Both the position numbers and the translations under genes were made by a program. The notes under the pieces are model-generated. The model worked only from the letters and a program-made list of their open reading frames with translations. It was not told the origin of the DNA and did no database searches. Positions 38,546-51,659 of a DNA stretch of 64,000 bases are shown in pieces. Every line of letters begins with the position of its first letter. Position 1 is the first letter of the stretch. This stretch comes from Mobula hypostoma (lineage: Eukaryota). The stretch lies in the NCBI RefSeq assembly GCF_963921235.1, contig NC_086108.1, forward strand, positions 99,512,001 to 99,576,000. The letters are read 5' to 3'.

Positions 38546-40334
38546 AGAACCTCTGCGTGTTTTGAAGCAGTGAGAGATAGATTATTGATAAATAACAGTG
38601 ATAAATAAGATAACTGGGTGGCAGGGTAGTGTAGCAGCTTATGTAAGGAATTAGATCACCAGCGATCAGAGTTCAATTCCATAAGACCATAAGACATATT
38701 GTAGGAGCAGAATTGGGCTATTTGGTCCATCAAATCTGCTTCTCCATTCCATCATGACTGACTTATTTTCCCTCTCAATGCTTCTCACTCTCTCAATTCC
38801 CTCTGCTGTCTAAAAGGAATTTGTATGATCTCCTCATGACCATGTGGATTCCCTCCGGGTGTTTCAGTTTCCTCCCCTATTACAAAGACATATCAGTCAG
38901 GGGTAGCAAGTTGTGTGTATGCTGTGTTGGCATCAGAAACATGGTGACACTTGTGGGCTTCTCCCAGCACATCCTGCGCTGGCTGTTGACACAAATGATG
39001 CACTTCTCTGTCATTTTTGATGTATATGTGATAAATAAAGTTAATCTTTATAAGACTGTGAAATATGGGTCGACAGGCTATGCAGAGTTGAGATTACAAA
39101 CAAATCAGCATTATCTTATCAAGTGGTGGGGTTAGACAGATGGGCTGAATGGCCTACCCATGCTCTATTCCTAGTAACTCACAAAAAAGAGTAAACAAGG
39201 ACAAAAGAGAATGTGTTGTGGCCAAAAGTTGTGCTCTCTGTGGGACTCAGCAATCATCTCCCAACTCTGATCTATACCCACCACGCCAACCCACACTGAC
39301 AGACCTCCATCTTTGATAGCCAATAGACAGAGACTGTACATGGCGTGACACCACAGGTTACAAAATTAGCTTTATTTGCCGCATGTACATTGAAACGTAC
39401 CGTGAAATACGTCGTTTGTGTCAACGACCAACATAGTCCAAGGTTGCACTGGGGGTAGTCTGTAAGTGTTGCCATAATTGTGGTGACAACATAGCATGCC
39501 CACAATTTAATAACCTTAGTAAATTGTGAGGAAGGTACAGGAGCCTCAGGACTTATACCATCAGGTTCAGGAAGAGTTATTATCCCTCAGCCATCAGACT
39601 CTTGAACCAAAGGGAATAATACATTGATTCAACTTCACTTGACCCATCACTGAAATATTCCCACAACCTACGGACTCACTTTCAAGAACTCTTCATCCAT
39701 GCTCTTAATACTTATTGCTTATTTATCTATTATTATTATTTCTTTCTTTTTATATTTGCACAGTTTGTGTCCTTTGCATACTGGTTGAACGTTCAAGTTG
39801 ATGTGGTCTGTCATTGTTATTGAGTATGCCTGTGAGAAAATCAATCTCTGGGTTGTATATGGTGACGTATATGTATTTTGATGATAAATTCACTTTGAAC
39901 TTTAAATTAATGCAAATATGGATGTGGGAAGAAGCTGGTGCACCTGATAGAAACTCAAACGGTCAACGGGAGAATGTGCAAACTCCTTACAGTGTTGGGA
40001 ATTGACCCATAATTGTTGCCGTTATAATAAAGTTACGTTAACATGCCCTCCTGCTCTGATGCTCACTGGAGAGCACCAATTCTTGGTCCATCATCTGCAA
40101 AGGATGTAGCGGTTTATTATTTGAGCTGAACTTTGTAGTTCTCTGTCTTTAAAAGGACCGGTGTCAACAGTGCTGTTCTCTGTATGAGAACATTGACCTG
40201 TTACTTTGACCCACTATAAACTGGGAAACTGTTTGCAAGGTACTAGCAGCTGTCACATCCTCAACCTAACTTCTGATAAGCAAAAGCTTTCACTATCTCC
40301 ATCAGACGTTATCAGGGGCTAAGACCATATGATT

Positions 40335-40512
40335 ATAAAACATTTTTCCCAATGAGTAAATGAACAAGTATAATATTTTTGTGTGATTTATTTAAGTAGG
40401 TTCTCTTTATTTAGTTTTGGAACTTGCATGGAGATCTGATCACATTTTAGGTCATATTTATGCAGAAATAGAGAAAGTTCTACAAGGTTCACAAACCTTC
40501 TAGCACTATGTA
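40335..40512. mobile_element. Tc1-like terminal inverted repeat fragment
   Basis: Ends GGTTCACAAACCTTCTAGCACTATG-TA, resembling a Tc1 TIR end followed by a TA target. Confidence 0.5.
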
Positions 40513-40564
40513 TGTCAAGACTTGGTGTATTCATTCAGGACATTATACTTACTAAAGAGCCATC

Positions 40565-40852
40565 ATTGATACTTGCAGCAAATCCTTGGGAATGTATTGA
40601 TATTTGCAGGGAATCCCTAGAGTATATCTATAGTTACAGGGAGTCCCCAGTGGTGTGATAATATTTGCATGGAGCCTCCAGGAGTCTATTGATAATTGCA
40701 GGGAGTCTCCAGGTCCAAATTGATATTTGCAAGGAGTTCTCAGGAGTGTTTCATTATTTATTCCCAGGGAGTTGTCTGATATTTGCAGAAAGTTCTTGGG
40801 AACATATCAATATATGCAGGAAACCCTAAGAGTTCTTTAATATTTATGAAGG
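40565..40852. repeat. degenerate 31-bp minisatellite, about 9-10 units
   Basis: Consensus approximately ATTGATATTTGCAGGGAGTCCCCAGGAGTGT. Confidence 0.8.
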
Positions 40853-41361
40853 TATTACAGTGAGCATAGAGTTGTTGGAAATGCTCAAAACTGGTTGCAC
40901 TTTTTGTCGTTTAATGCATTATGTCCTCTCATTTATGGGCCCATAACTACTACTGTAGTAGGAATCAAATGGTGTAGGCTGGTCTAGTTTGGTGCAGGAT
41001 CTAGAGTGCAGTGGACTGCACTGATTGTGAGGAGATCTTTATTTAATAATCACAGACAGAAATTATACATTAAATATATAATGTCAACAACAAATATCAA
41101 ACATCAATCAAATAATCATAGGCCATTGTTCTACAAATCGGTAAGCAATTGTCAAATAACATCTGTATGATATTGACTGCAAATCATATAATACAATTGC
41201 AGATGTCCCTTTCATTCCCAGGACCTTCATTACTTTATCATTGTCCTTGGGTCATGGGCCTCTGGCACTCCTACAAAATCAAAATCAATTGTATATTCTG
41301 GCCCCCCAGTTAGTTCCTAAGTTTGTCTCTCACAGCAGTTATTTACCTTTGTTAGTGATTG

Positions 41362-41560
41362 TTGTTCCTGCGCGCCTTGTGGTGCATCGGGCAGCATCAT
41401 TGACATTTCTTTAGCATTTGTCTGTTTTTTTATGAGGCCGAGTTGCTAACTCAATGCTTAACCAAGCACGGATGGAAAGCATGCAAGGAGCCAACTGAAT
41501 TCAAACCTAAGACTACTTGCCTCTAAGTCCAGTATAGTCGCCATTACACCACCAGTTGGC
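41362..41560 (-). mobile_element. tRNA-derived SINE inserted in the R2-like relic
   Basis: Reverse complement begins GCCAACTGGTGGTGTAATGG (A box) and contains GGTTTGAATTC (B box). Confidence 0.6.
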
Positions 41561-42877
41561 TTTCTTTTTGATGGATTGGTTATTCTCCACGGATCGCACT
41601 GCATCATCGACTCCTGCTACTCTGCTATTTTTCACAAAGATGATTTCTACCTGTCTCTGTCTACCTGATGATTTCTGACTGAAGCTGTTGTTCAACATAT
41701 GGTGTCCCTCCATAATGGTTGGCTTTGATTTTTAGACATTCTGCTATTGTATTATCACACTTCAGATGAATTTTCTTAACACTAGGGCAGCACTTGGCGA
41801 TGTATGCAAGTGTCTCTATTATCTTATATCACCTGCAGATTTTCACAATATTGGGTCTACTGTGACTCCATGTGTAGGTCACATTATAGCAATTGGGCAT
41901 TGGTGATTTGATGCCCTTTCTATTGCTTATTAAAGATGATCCAAGAGCTTGATATTATTTTGTCCTTGATTTCTTTGATGCCCCAACCCTGTCAAGTAAA
42001 TTTGTCCATTTTCAAATTCCCCAGATCTTCATTCTGAGTATTAGGTTTGTGGTTTAGATCTCTCATCCTTCATGCTCAAATTCCATTTCTAATTCTTCCA
42101 CAAGCTGGTTGGCTGGTATAGTGAGTGGAATGACCATCTTCCAAATCTTTGGAAATTCTTGCTGACTTTATGAACTTTGCGACTCTTCAGTCTTTGAACT
42201 ATGTCCCACTGGCCATCTTAAGTGATACCTCAGTGATCATATCTGTAGAGAGTTTAAGTGATTACCTCTTTCCATCCACTGCAGTTAGAATTTGTTTCCA
42301 ACTTTGGAACACTTAGACCACCATTCCTATTCCTTGCATATCCTTCTTATATGTCATGGGAGAAATGGAAAATGCCTTTTGCAATTTTCCTGACTAGATT
42401 GTGTAGGTCTTTTAGACATCTCTGTGAGGCTTCTGTGAGAATTAGATCAAAGTAAACTTTTGTTATGATATGGGTCTTTAAAAGCGCAAGCTTTCGTATG
42501 GGTTTAAGTCAACACTTGCTGAGTTCTGAAACCATTCATGCAACTTCCAGCCTTTCACACCGCAAATCTGCTCTGGCTCCTAAATATTTTTTCTTGTTTC
42601 TGCTGTTGTTTGTTGCTTGCTGTGATTTCGGACTTAAAGGTCCATTTCTTACTGTTATTATATGTGAGCGTCTTCATTTGCAGACCATGTGGAAACGCTT
42701 AGTTTTTGTAATGTTCATAGAACATAAAACAGCTCAGCTCAGTACAGTAGAGGCCCTTCAGCCTGTGACGCTGTTCTGAAATTTTAATTTACTCCAAGAT
42801 CAATGTAACCATTTCCCCCTACAGAGACTTCCATTTCCAGAAGGAAATTAATTTCAGGGTTGCATATGGTAACATAT

Positions 42878-43187
42878 GGGATAGGCATCCGTTAGTCTCG
42901 TGAGACTATGGATTTGCGCCTTGGAAGGTTTCCAGGGTGCAGGCCTGGGCAAGGTTATATGGAAGAACAGCGGTTGCCCATGCTGCAAGTCTCCCCTCTC
43001 CACGCCAGCAATGTTGTCCAAGGGAAGGGCATTAGGACCCATACAGCTTGGCACCGGTGTCGTCACAGAGCAATGTGTGGTTAAGTGCCTTGCTTAAGGA
43101 CACAACACACTGCCTCAGCCAAGGCTCGAACTAGCGACCTTCAGATCACTAGACCGACGCCTTAACCACTTGGCTAGGCGCCAACAC
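42878..43187 (-). mobile_element. tRNA-derived CORE-like SINE with RTE-like tail
   Basis: Reverse complement head TAGCCAAGTGG..GTTCGAGCC; 11-bp TSD TGGTAACATAT at 42867-42877 and 43188-43198. Confidence 0.82.
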
Positions 43188-46100
43188 TGGTAACATATAT
43201 GTACTTTGATAATAAATTTACTTTGAACTTTGATTTTTCTATCATCCGTATACCTATTTAAGAGTCCCTCAAAACATCTCCAGTGTATCTGCCTCTACCA
43301 CCACACCACATCAAAACTGCTGCTTGATAGATAAATGCAGGGCTGAATAGGTGAATAGGAAATTGAGTTCAGTGTGGCTCAGATAGTAAACAGTTAAGTG
43401 TTGCCCAAATGTAGCATCCTCACATATCTGTCAATCTTCAATAATTTCTCAAATCATTGTCAGTTCACTTATTTTTATTGCTTCAAAGTGATTCTTTTGT
43501 GTTGCTAAATCTATCACCTTCCCTTGATAAAACTCATTTATTCTTGCAACCCTTTTTTATCTATATCATGATCAGCTTTCTTTTGACAAATCTTTAAGTC
43601 TGTTTAACAAATGTTCAGTGACCGCTTTTAAAAGCCTCGCCTACCTGAGGTGAATGCTTATACTGGGCAAGTGCCTTGCAGTGTTAGTGAGCAGCAAAAT
43701 GGCTTGGACAGACCAAAGTTCACAGTAAATTTATCATGAGTGCTTATATGTCACAAAAAACTACCCTGATATTCATTTTCTTGCAGGGATTCACAGTAGA
43801 ACTAAAGAGCACAATAGAATCAATAAAAATCTACATTCTTTTCCATTTTTTTAATGTATTATTATGTATTGCATTGTATTGCTGCCACAAAGACGACAAA
43901 TTTCACGACACACATCGGTGAAATTAAACCTGATTCTGATAAACAAAGATGGACAAATTGTGCAAATGCAGAAAGAAATTTTTAAAAAATAATAAATAAA
44001 TAATACTGATACCATGAGCTGTAAAGTCCTTGAAAGTGAGTCCAAAGTTTGTGTTCTAGTGTCAGTTCTGTGCTGTGGTGACAGAAGTTGTCCACGCTGG
44101 TTCAGGATCCTGATGGTTAAAGGGTAATAACTGTTCTTGAATCAGGTGGTGTGGCTCCTGTACCTCCTTCCTAGTGGCAGCAGCAAGAGAGCATGGCCTG
44201 GATGGTGTGGTCCTTGATGACTAATGCTGCTTTCTTGTGACAGCACACCTTCTAGATGAGCTCAATATGGGAAAGGCTTTTCTTGCGATGAACTGCGGCT
44301 GTATCCACAACTTTTTGTAGGATTTTCCATACCAGACTGTGATGCAACCAGTCAGGATACTCTCTGCTGTAGAAGTTTGCTAGATATATTAGATAACATG
44401 CTGAACCTGGGCAAACTTCTAAAAAAAAAGTAGAGGTACTGCCATACGTTCTTTGAAATGGTACTTACTGCAGCCTACAAGCCAAAGCATATACCTTCAC
44501 TGGCTACTGAGCTGCAAGTTAATTCACTTTAAAATCGAATCAAAAAATTCTCTTGATGATTAAGTGGGAGAACATTCTGTGTGACTTCTGATTAAGATTA
44601 GATTAGTTTATTCCATATTCACTACTGTGCAATGAAATTCTTTGCTTGTAAGAAGCTCGCAGTGTAAACTGTATACATTGTAATAATTGATTGATTGGTT
44701 GTCTGACAATGACATTTATGCAGTTCTTCTTTAGATGCTGTAAACTGCTCACAGATACCTGTGCGGGAGGATTTTTTACGTGGGAAAGCAGTTCCACTCT
44801 CTCTGGTGTTACAAGTAGTCATCACAACTGGTATCTTCCTTTATTGCAGTGGATCACCCATGACTTCTTCTGTGCCTTGTCCAATGTTCAAAGTTCAAAG
44901 AAAATTTATCATCCAACTATGTATATGTCACCATATACTACCCTAAGATTCATTTTCTTATGGGCATTCACAGCAGAACAAAGGAACATCATAGAATCAA
45001 TGAAAACCTACACGCAAAGACTGACAAACAACCAATGTTCAAATGAAGACAAACTGCAAATATAAATAATAATAATAATAATAAGATAAATCATACTGAG
45101 ATCAAGAGTTGTAGAGTCCTTTAAAGTGAGTTCATAGGTTGTGGGATCAGTTCAGTGCTGAAGTGAGTGAAATTCCCCACGCTGTCTCAGGAGGCTGATG
45201 GTTGAGGGTAATAACTCTCAGGCCCTTTGTTCCCTATGAAGTGTTACAGAACTGTCTTCCCGGCCAACGGATCTCACTGTTGGATCATCTGCTCAGCCTG
45301 CCAGAGCTGACTTTGCGTACGAGTACAGACATATCCCTGTCTTTCTGGGGTATGAGGCCTGCCGCCTGCTCTCACCTGGTTTAGCCCGCCCGTTGATGCG
45401 GGGTTCCGGGGTGTGGCCACTGTCACACGCAAACAGCTACTTGGAGCCACAGGTAAGAGTTGAGTGTCTGGTGGGGACCAAAGGTGAGTGAGCTGTCTCA
45501 GAATGGACATGACGAGCCCCTTCACCAAATGTGAAGGGACACCGAATACACTCCACATTATAATAATAAATGCAACAATAAACACAATAATCAGCAAAGG
45601 ACAACAGAACAGTGCCAATATTGTGATCCAGTCTGAAAATGTGCAAAAAGAAATGATGAAGTGACTATAAAGGAATAACAGAGGTAGAGTTCAGAGTCTG
45701 AGAATGTGATTGCACCACAGGGAAGGGGATGGTGAAGGAGGTGATTGGTTCAGATAGATGTCTGATAGCAGTGGGAAATAAACCGCTTTCAAGTCTGGAT
45801 GCCCTGGCTTTCAAACTTCTGTATCTCCTCTTGGAAGGTAGAAGGAAGAAAAGGAATTGACCAAGGTGGCAGGCAAACCATTAGCCTTCCTGACGCACTG
45901 TACCTTGAAGGAGGACCGCCTAGAAGGAAGTGACAAGCCTGTGAAGTATACAGAGCCCAGTCCAAATCTCTGCAGATCCCATCGGTCAAGAGCAGAGCAG
46001 TTTCTACACTCACCACATTATATCTCTACTTACACCTTCAGTGTTTCCTCTGGGTGATGGGCTCTTGACCTCACAATCTACCTCATGTGAACTTGCACTT

Positions 46101-46782
46101 TATCATTCCCTTGCACTGCAGTTACTTGGTGCTTTCACACTTTATTCTGCATTGTTATTGTTTTACCTTATTCTAGCTTAGTGCACTGTGTAATGATTTG
46201 ATCTGTATAACTGGTATAGAAGACAGGCTTTTCACTGTATCTTAGTACATGTGACAATAATAAACCAATCAAACACAATAAGATTAATTTCAAAGTTCTT
46301 TTCTAACTTATCCAAGATTAAATAAAATTGTAGTGCCTAAAGGTTGCCTTGTTTTTGCTGGTAGAGCAAATAAACAGAAAGGTGTTATAAACGGGGCATC
46401 TTTTATTCGTAAAAGTTCAAGTTTATTGTCGTTCAACTATACACATGTATACAGTGAAATGAAACATTGTCCCTCTGTGGTTAATGTGAAAAGCACAGTA
46501 CAGATAGTCCCACACAGCACAATATAGTTACAGTCCAGCAGATATACAGTAATTGCTATATATATATACTTACTGTAATTCAGTTTTTTTATCGTTATGT
46601 ATTGCATTGTACCGCTGGCACAAAATCAACTAATTTCATGATATATGCTGGCAATGATAAACATTCTGATTCAGGCACTTATGCTAATATTATTTTGCAA
46701 CTGTATATGTTGGATACTGTATTTTTATTGGTTCATTATTATCACATGTACCGAGATGTGTGCATATGCACAACATACACAT

Positions 46783-48963
46783 ATAGTACCTATAAAAAGC
46801 ATTCATCCTCTTCAAGTCAGTATTTAGTAGATGCACCTTTGGCAGCAATTACAGCCTTGAGTGTGTGTGGATAGGTCTCTACCAGCTTTGCACATCTGGG
46901 TGCTGCAATTTTCCCAATTCTTCTCGACAAAACTGCTCAAACTCTGTCAGATTGCATGGGGATCAAGAGTGAACAGCCCTTTTCCAAGTCCAGCCACGAA
47001 TTCTCTGTAGGGTTGAGGTCTGGACTCTGACTTGGCCACTCCAGGACATTACCTTTGTTGTTTTTATGCCATTCCTGGACAGCTTTGGCTGTATGCTTGG
47101 GGTCATTTTCTTGCTGGAAAATAAAAGTTGCAGTTCTCTTGCTGACAGCAACAAGTTTTCTTCCAGGATTTCCCTGTATTTTGCTGCATTCATTTTACTC
47201 GTCACAAGTGTGGAGCACTGGTGGACCCAAAAGCAGGACACAAACACGTTTTGTAGCATTAACAAGAATAGAGTTTATTAATCATTACTAGGAAAGCAGG
47301 GAAGCAAGGATAGTTCAGAGGGAGATCAAGGACTGAGCAAAACAGAAGCGGGAATAAGCGTGGCTAGACTCGGACTTGGACTTGGAACTCGTAACTTGGA
47401 ACTCAGGACCTGGACTTGGAACTCGGGACCTGGACTTGGAACTTGGGACATCAGAGCCTGGACCTTTCTTAGACACAGGACATGGAACACTGAGCCAGGA
47501 CTCCTCCTTGGATCAAGACATAGAGTCGAGACTCTTCTTAGACACAGGACATGGAACACTGAGAGACAGGATTCCCCAACTCAGAGTAGCGGCAAATGGC
47601 CGGACCTACTCAGCGGAGAGGAAGACACAAAGAGATGGTACCACACAACAATAGACAGTTCATACCTTGACACGAAATGGCTCCAAGTAGTGGCAAGCCC
47701 TTGAAGTGGCCCAGGAACTACAGACAGCGGCTCTAGTCTCACTCCCGCGGATTAACTTGACAGAACCGCCCCAGCGAGGTAGCTTAGTGGCTCGATCAGG
47801 CAAGGTAACTTAACAGGCTGGCTCCGGTGAGGAGACGCGACTTACTGGCACTCGCTTCGGGGAGAAGACTCGAGTAGCTCTGGTGATGTAACTTGGCTCG
47901 CTCCGAGAGGGTGATTTGCTCGCTCTTGCTTCGGTGACGTCCGATGACGATCTCGTGCTGAGTAGCTGTAAGCCCGATACTAAATACTACTCGTTCAGCT
48001 GAGACTCAAGTGCCTTTAATTACAGAGCCCAAGAAACACGGGGAAACAATGAATAAAGGAAAACATGGAGTCAAGGGTCCTGATCGTGACACAAAGTAAA
48101 TTTAAAGGGACCCAGGGAATAACCGATCAGGACCGTGACAACTCTCTACCTTCACAAGCCTTCCAGGGCCTGCTGCAATGAAGCATCCCCACAGCTTGAT
48201 GCAGCCACCACCATGCTTCACGGCTGAGATGGTGTGTTTTTGATGTGCAGCGTTTGGCTCACGTCAAGCATAGTGTTTAGTCTAATGGCCAAAAAAAGCA
48301 GAATTTGGCTTCATCAGACCATAGAACTTTCTTCCAGCTGATTTCAGAGTCTACAGCATGCCTTCTGGCAAAGTCTAGCTGAGATTTCATGTGTGTTTTT
48401 TCCCCAACAGTGGCATTCTGTTTGCCGCTCTCCCATAAAGCTGCGACTAGCGAAGCACCCAGGCAAGAGTTGTTGTACGTGCAGTCTCAGCCACTAGAGC
48501 TTGTAGCTCCTCCAGAGATGTCATCGGTCTCTTGGTGGCCTCCCTCACTAGTCCCCTTCTTGCACGGTCACTCAGTTTTTGAGAATGGCCTACTATAGGC
48601 AGATTTACAGCCGCGCTATATTCTATCCATGACAAAACAATTCTCCAAGGGATACTCAGTGACTTGGAAATATTCTTGTATCCATCTCCTAACTTGTGCT
48701 TTTCAATAACCTTTCTGTGGAGTTGCTTAGAGTATTATTCTGTCTTCATAGTTTAGTTTTTGCCTCAGTACTGACTCACCAGGAATTGGGCCTTCCAGAT
48801 ACAGGTGTATTTTTACAACAGTCAGTTGACACACCTTGACTGCACAGTGGTCACTAAAAACAGATCTCCATATTAACTAATTATGTGACTTCTAAAACTA
48901 ATTGGCTGCAGCAGTGATGATTTGGTGTGTCATATTAAAGGGGGGTGAATAATTATACAATCA
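46783..48963 (-). mobile_element. Tc1/mariner DNA transposon, decayed, split by a solo LTR
   Basis: [31 protein letters not shown] and GGGCIKLWGCF motifs; terminal sequence resembling CAGTGCCTATAAAAAGTATTCACCCCC. Confidence 0.85.
47201..48140 (-). mobile_element. solo LTR (Gypsy-like) inserted in Tc1
   Basis: Ends GTCAC...GTGACA; 4-bp TSD ACTC (47197-47200, 48141-48144); minus-strand AATAAA near 47275; internal GGACTTGGAACT repeats. Confidence 0.75.
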
Positions 48964-48964
48964 T

Positions 48965-49920
48965 AGGTTTCATCGGGATGTGCATCGAGGATGTTGTCCC
49001 CAGGAGTCAGTCAGGTTCTATACAAACTAGAAAACCTGGATCAATAGTTCAACGCAAGCAACACTTACCGCGCAGCACAGAGCTCTAGTTGCCGGTGACC
49101 AACAGGAACTCAAGAAATGCAGCTACGATCTGCGTAAAGTTATCAAGACAGTGAAGCAACAATACAGGGACAAGATTCAGACACAACTCTCCACCAACGA
49201 CACACGTAGCTTATGGCAAGGTCTGCACACCATCGCAGACTTCAGGTCTAAACACAGTGGAATTTCCAATATCACTGTCTTGCTCCGAGATGAGCTAAAT
49301 CTTTTTTACACTTGATTTAATATTGCCAACACCGAGACACTGATGCGACCTGCACCTTGGTCATCCCTGAGGCTGAAATATGCAGGTGTTTCCAACGGGT
49401 GGACAGTCACAAGGCTGCGGGACCGGACAGCATCCTAGGGCGAGTACTTAGGATGTGCACAGCACAACTGGTAGGTGTGTTTACAGACATTTTTAATCTC
49501 TCCCCCTCCCAGCGTAGAGTGCTTCAAAACATCCGCCATTGTTCATATACCTAAAAAGACCAAGGTAACATGTCTGAACGACTGGCGTCCTGTCGCACTC
49601 ACCTCAATAATAAGCAGAAGCTTTGAGAGGCTGGTCAAGGACCACATCTGCAGCATGCTACCACCCACACTGGTCCCCCTACAATTCACCTACCGACACA
49701 ACCGATCGACATAATAGCCACAGCTCTTTACACCATCCATGCACATCTGGAGGAGGAGGATGCTTACATACGAATGCTGTTCTTGGATGACAGGTTCAGC
49801 TTTCAACCTCATAATTCCATCCAGGCTCAACAACAAGTTCAGAGACTTTGGCCTTCACTCGGCCTTGTGTAGCTGGATCCTGGACTTCCTGTCAGATCGC
49901 CGGCAGGTGGTAAGAGTGAG
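48965..49920 (+). mobile_element. Rex1/Babar LINE internal fragment (N-terminal RT), decayed
   Basis: [61 protein letters not shown]. Confidence 0.85.
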
Positions 49921-50559
49921 GGTTGCAACAGGGTGTTCCAGGTGGCAGCAGGGTGTTAAGAACTCTGACACCATGACTCATATTGTTGTACCCAGGCACA
50001 ACTGTTTATATATCTAGAGTTTTACCATGATTTTCAAGGTAAATATGCATAAACTAGAGATTTCATATTTACATTTTCCCTTTTCTGGATGGATGAAATG
50101 TTATAACTCTGTACAAGGAAATCGATTTGCCAGATAACCAAATCTTTGGGTCCCACAATAAAGAAACTGGAGAAAAACACTGCGATTTATAAACCACAAG
50201 GGATTCTGTAGCAATGGGAAATGGCTTCTAACTGAATCCACAAGCCAAGTTAGATGCAAAAGGTTTTGTTTTCAGATTTCTAATTAAGCGCAGAATCTGA
50301 TCCTGATGAATTAGCTTTTAAAGAACATCAGCAGAGACTGCAATTGACCTATTCGATGCAATTACACACTTGTTTATGCTCTGGGATAATGTGAAGCTGG
50401 TAAAAACTCATTTATGGGCAGTCGTGTTAAATGGCCCAGTATCTAGTGGGCAGCTGATTCACTCTCATCCATTTGATTTCAGATGGATTTCAACCTGTTT
50501 CACAATATGAGTGCTCTGCTTTCCCGACAAGAGACTGGGACTTCTTCCCGACAAGTTTT

Positions 50560-51340
50560 AGACAATAGACAATAGGCACAGGAGTAGGCCATTCAGCATT
50601 TGAGCCAGCACCACCATTCACTGTGATCATGGCTGATCATCCACAATCAGTACCCTTTTCCTGCCTTCTCCCCATATCCCTTCACTCCACTATCTTTAAG
50701 AGCTCTATCTAATTATTTTTTGAAAGAATCCAGAGGATTGGCCTCCACTGCCTTCTGAGGCAGAGCATTCCACAGAACCACAACCCTCTGTGAAAAAGTT
50801 TTTCCTCAACTCCGTTCTAAATTGTCTACCCCTTATTCTTAAACTGTGACCTCTGGTTCTGGACTCCCCCAACATCGGGAACATGTTTCCTGCCTCTGGC
50901 GTGTCCAATCCCTTAATAATCTTATATGTTTCAATCAGATCCCCTCTCATCCTTCTAAATTCCAGTGTATACAACCCCAGTGGCTCCAATCTTTCAACAT
51001 ATGACAATCCTGCCATCCCGGGAATAAACCTTGTGACCCTACGCTGCACTCCCTGAATATCTAGAATGTCCTTCCTCAAATTTAGAGACAAAACCTGTAT
51101 ACAATATTCCAGGTGTGGTCTCACCAGGGCCCTGTACAACTGCAGAAGGACCTCTTTGTTCCTATACTCAATTCCCCTTGTTATGAAGGCCAGCATGCCA
51201 TTAGCTTTCTTCACTGCCTGCTGTACCTGCATGCTTGCTTTCAGTGACTGCTGAACAAGGACACCTAGATCTCATTGTACTTCCACTTTTCCTAACTTGA
51301 CACCATTCAGATAGTAATCTACCTTCCTGTTCTTGCCACA
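50560..51340 (-). mobile_element. CR1 LINE 3' fragment
   Basis: ORF 50705..51232: VKKANGMLAFI..LVRPHLEYC..RRMRGDLIETYKI; (TAGACAA)n tail. Confidence 0.9.
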
Positions 51341-51659
51341 TCTTTACAGTTTCACCTGCATCTTTTATTTCTATTTCAGATTTCCAGCATCTAATTTTAT
51401 TTTTGACTTTCACCCTCTCGCACTTACTGTGACCAATATCTTGCCAGATTAGATGACCAAATGTGGCACTTGCATACTTTACAATGGAGATCCCAAAAAA
51501 TTCCTTCAATCCAAATATCGACTGTTTATTCCTCTCCACTGAAGCTGCCTGACCTGCTGCATTCCGACAGCATTTTGTGTGTGTTAATCCAGATGATGAG
51601 TTTAACATGTGACAACTAATTGTACAAGACACAGGAACTGTGGAATACTCGCTCTGTTA

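Larger units (their letters stand above)
41100..44800 (-). mobile_element. decayed R2-like non-LTR retrotransposon (RT, CCHC zinc knuckle, restriction-like endonuclease), broken by younger insertions
   Basis: Minus-strand motifs in canonical order: RMFSHLIIKRI (about 44550), GEAF..EHLLNRL (about 43630), KYLGA (about 42585), LKPIRKLALLKTHII, YARNRNGGLSVP (about 42320), CR*YKIIETLAYIAKCCPSVK (about 41800), IIFVKNSRVAGVDDAVR (about 41620), ELTG..VGARG.*PKDNDKVMKVLGM (about 41240, frameshifted). Confidence 0.75.

Noticed and set aside
40565..40852. CRISPR-like array
   Set aside because: Units are contiguous with no unique spacers, there are no cas genes, and the context is a vertebrate genome.
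43100..43187. tRNA gene
   Set aside because: The A/B boxes belong to a SINE head flanked by TSDs, and no full cloverleaf forms.
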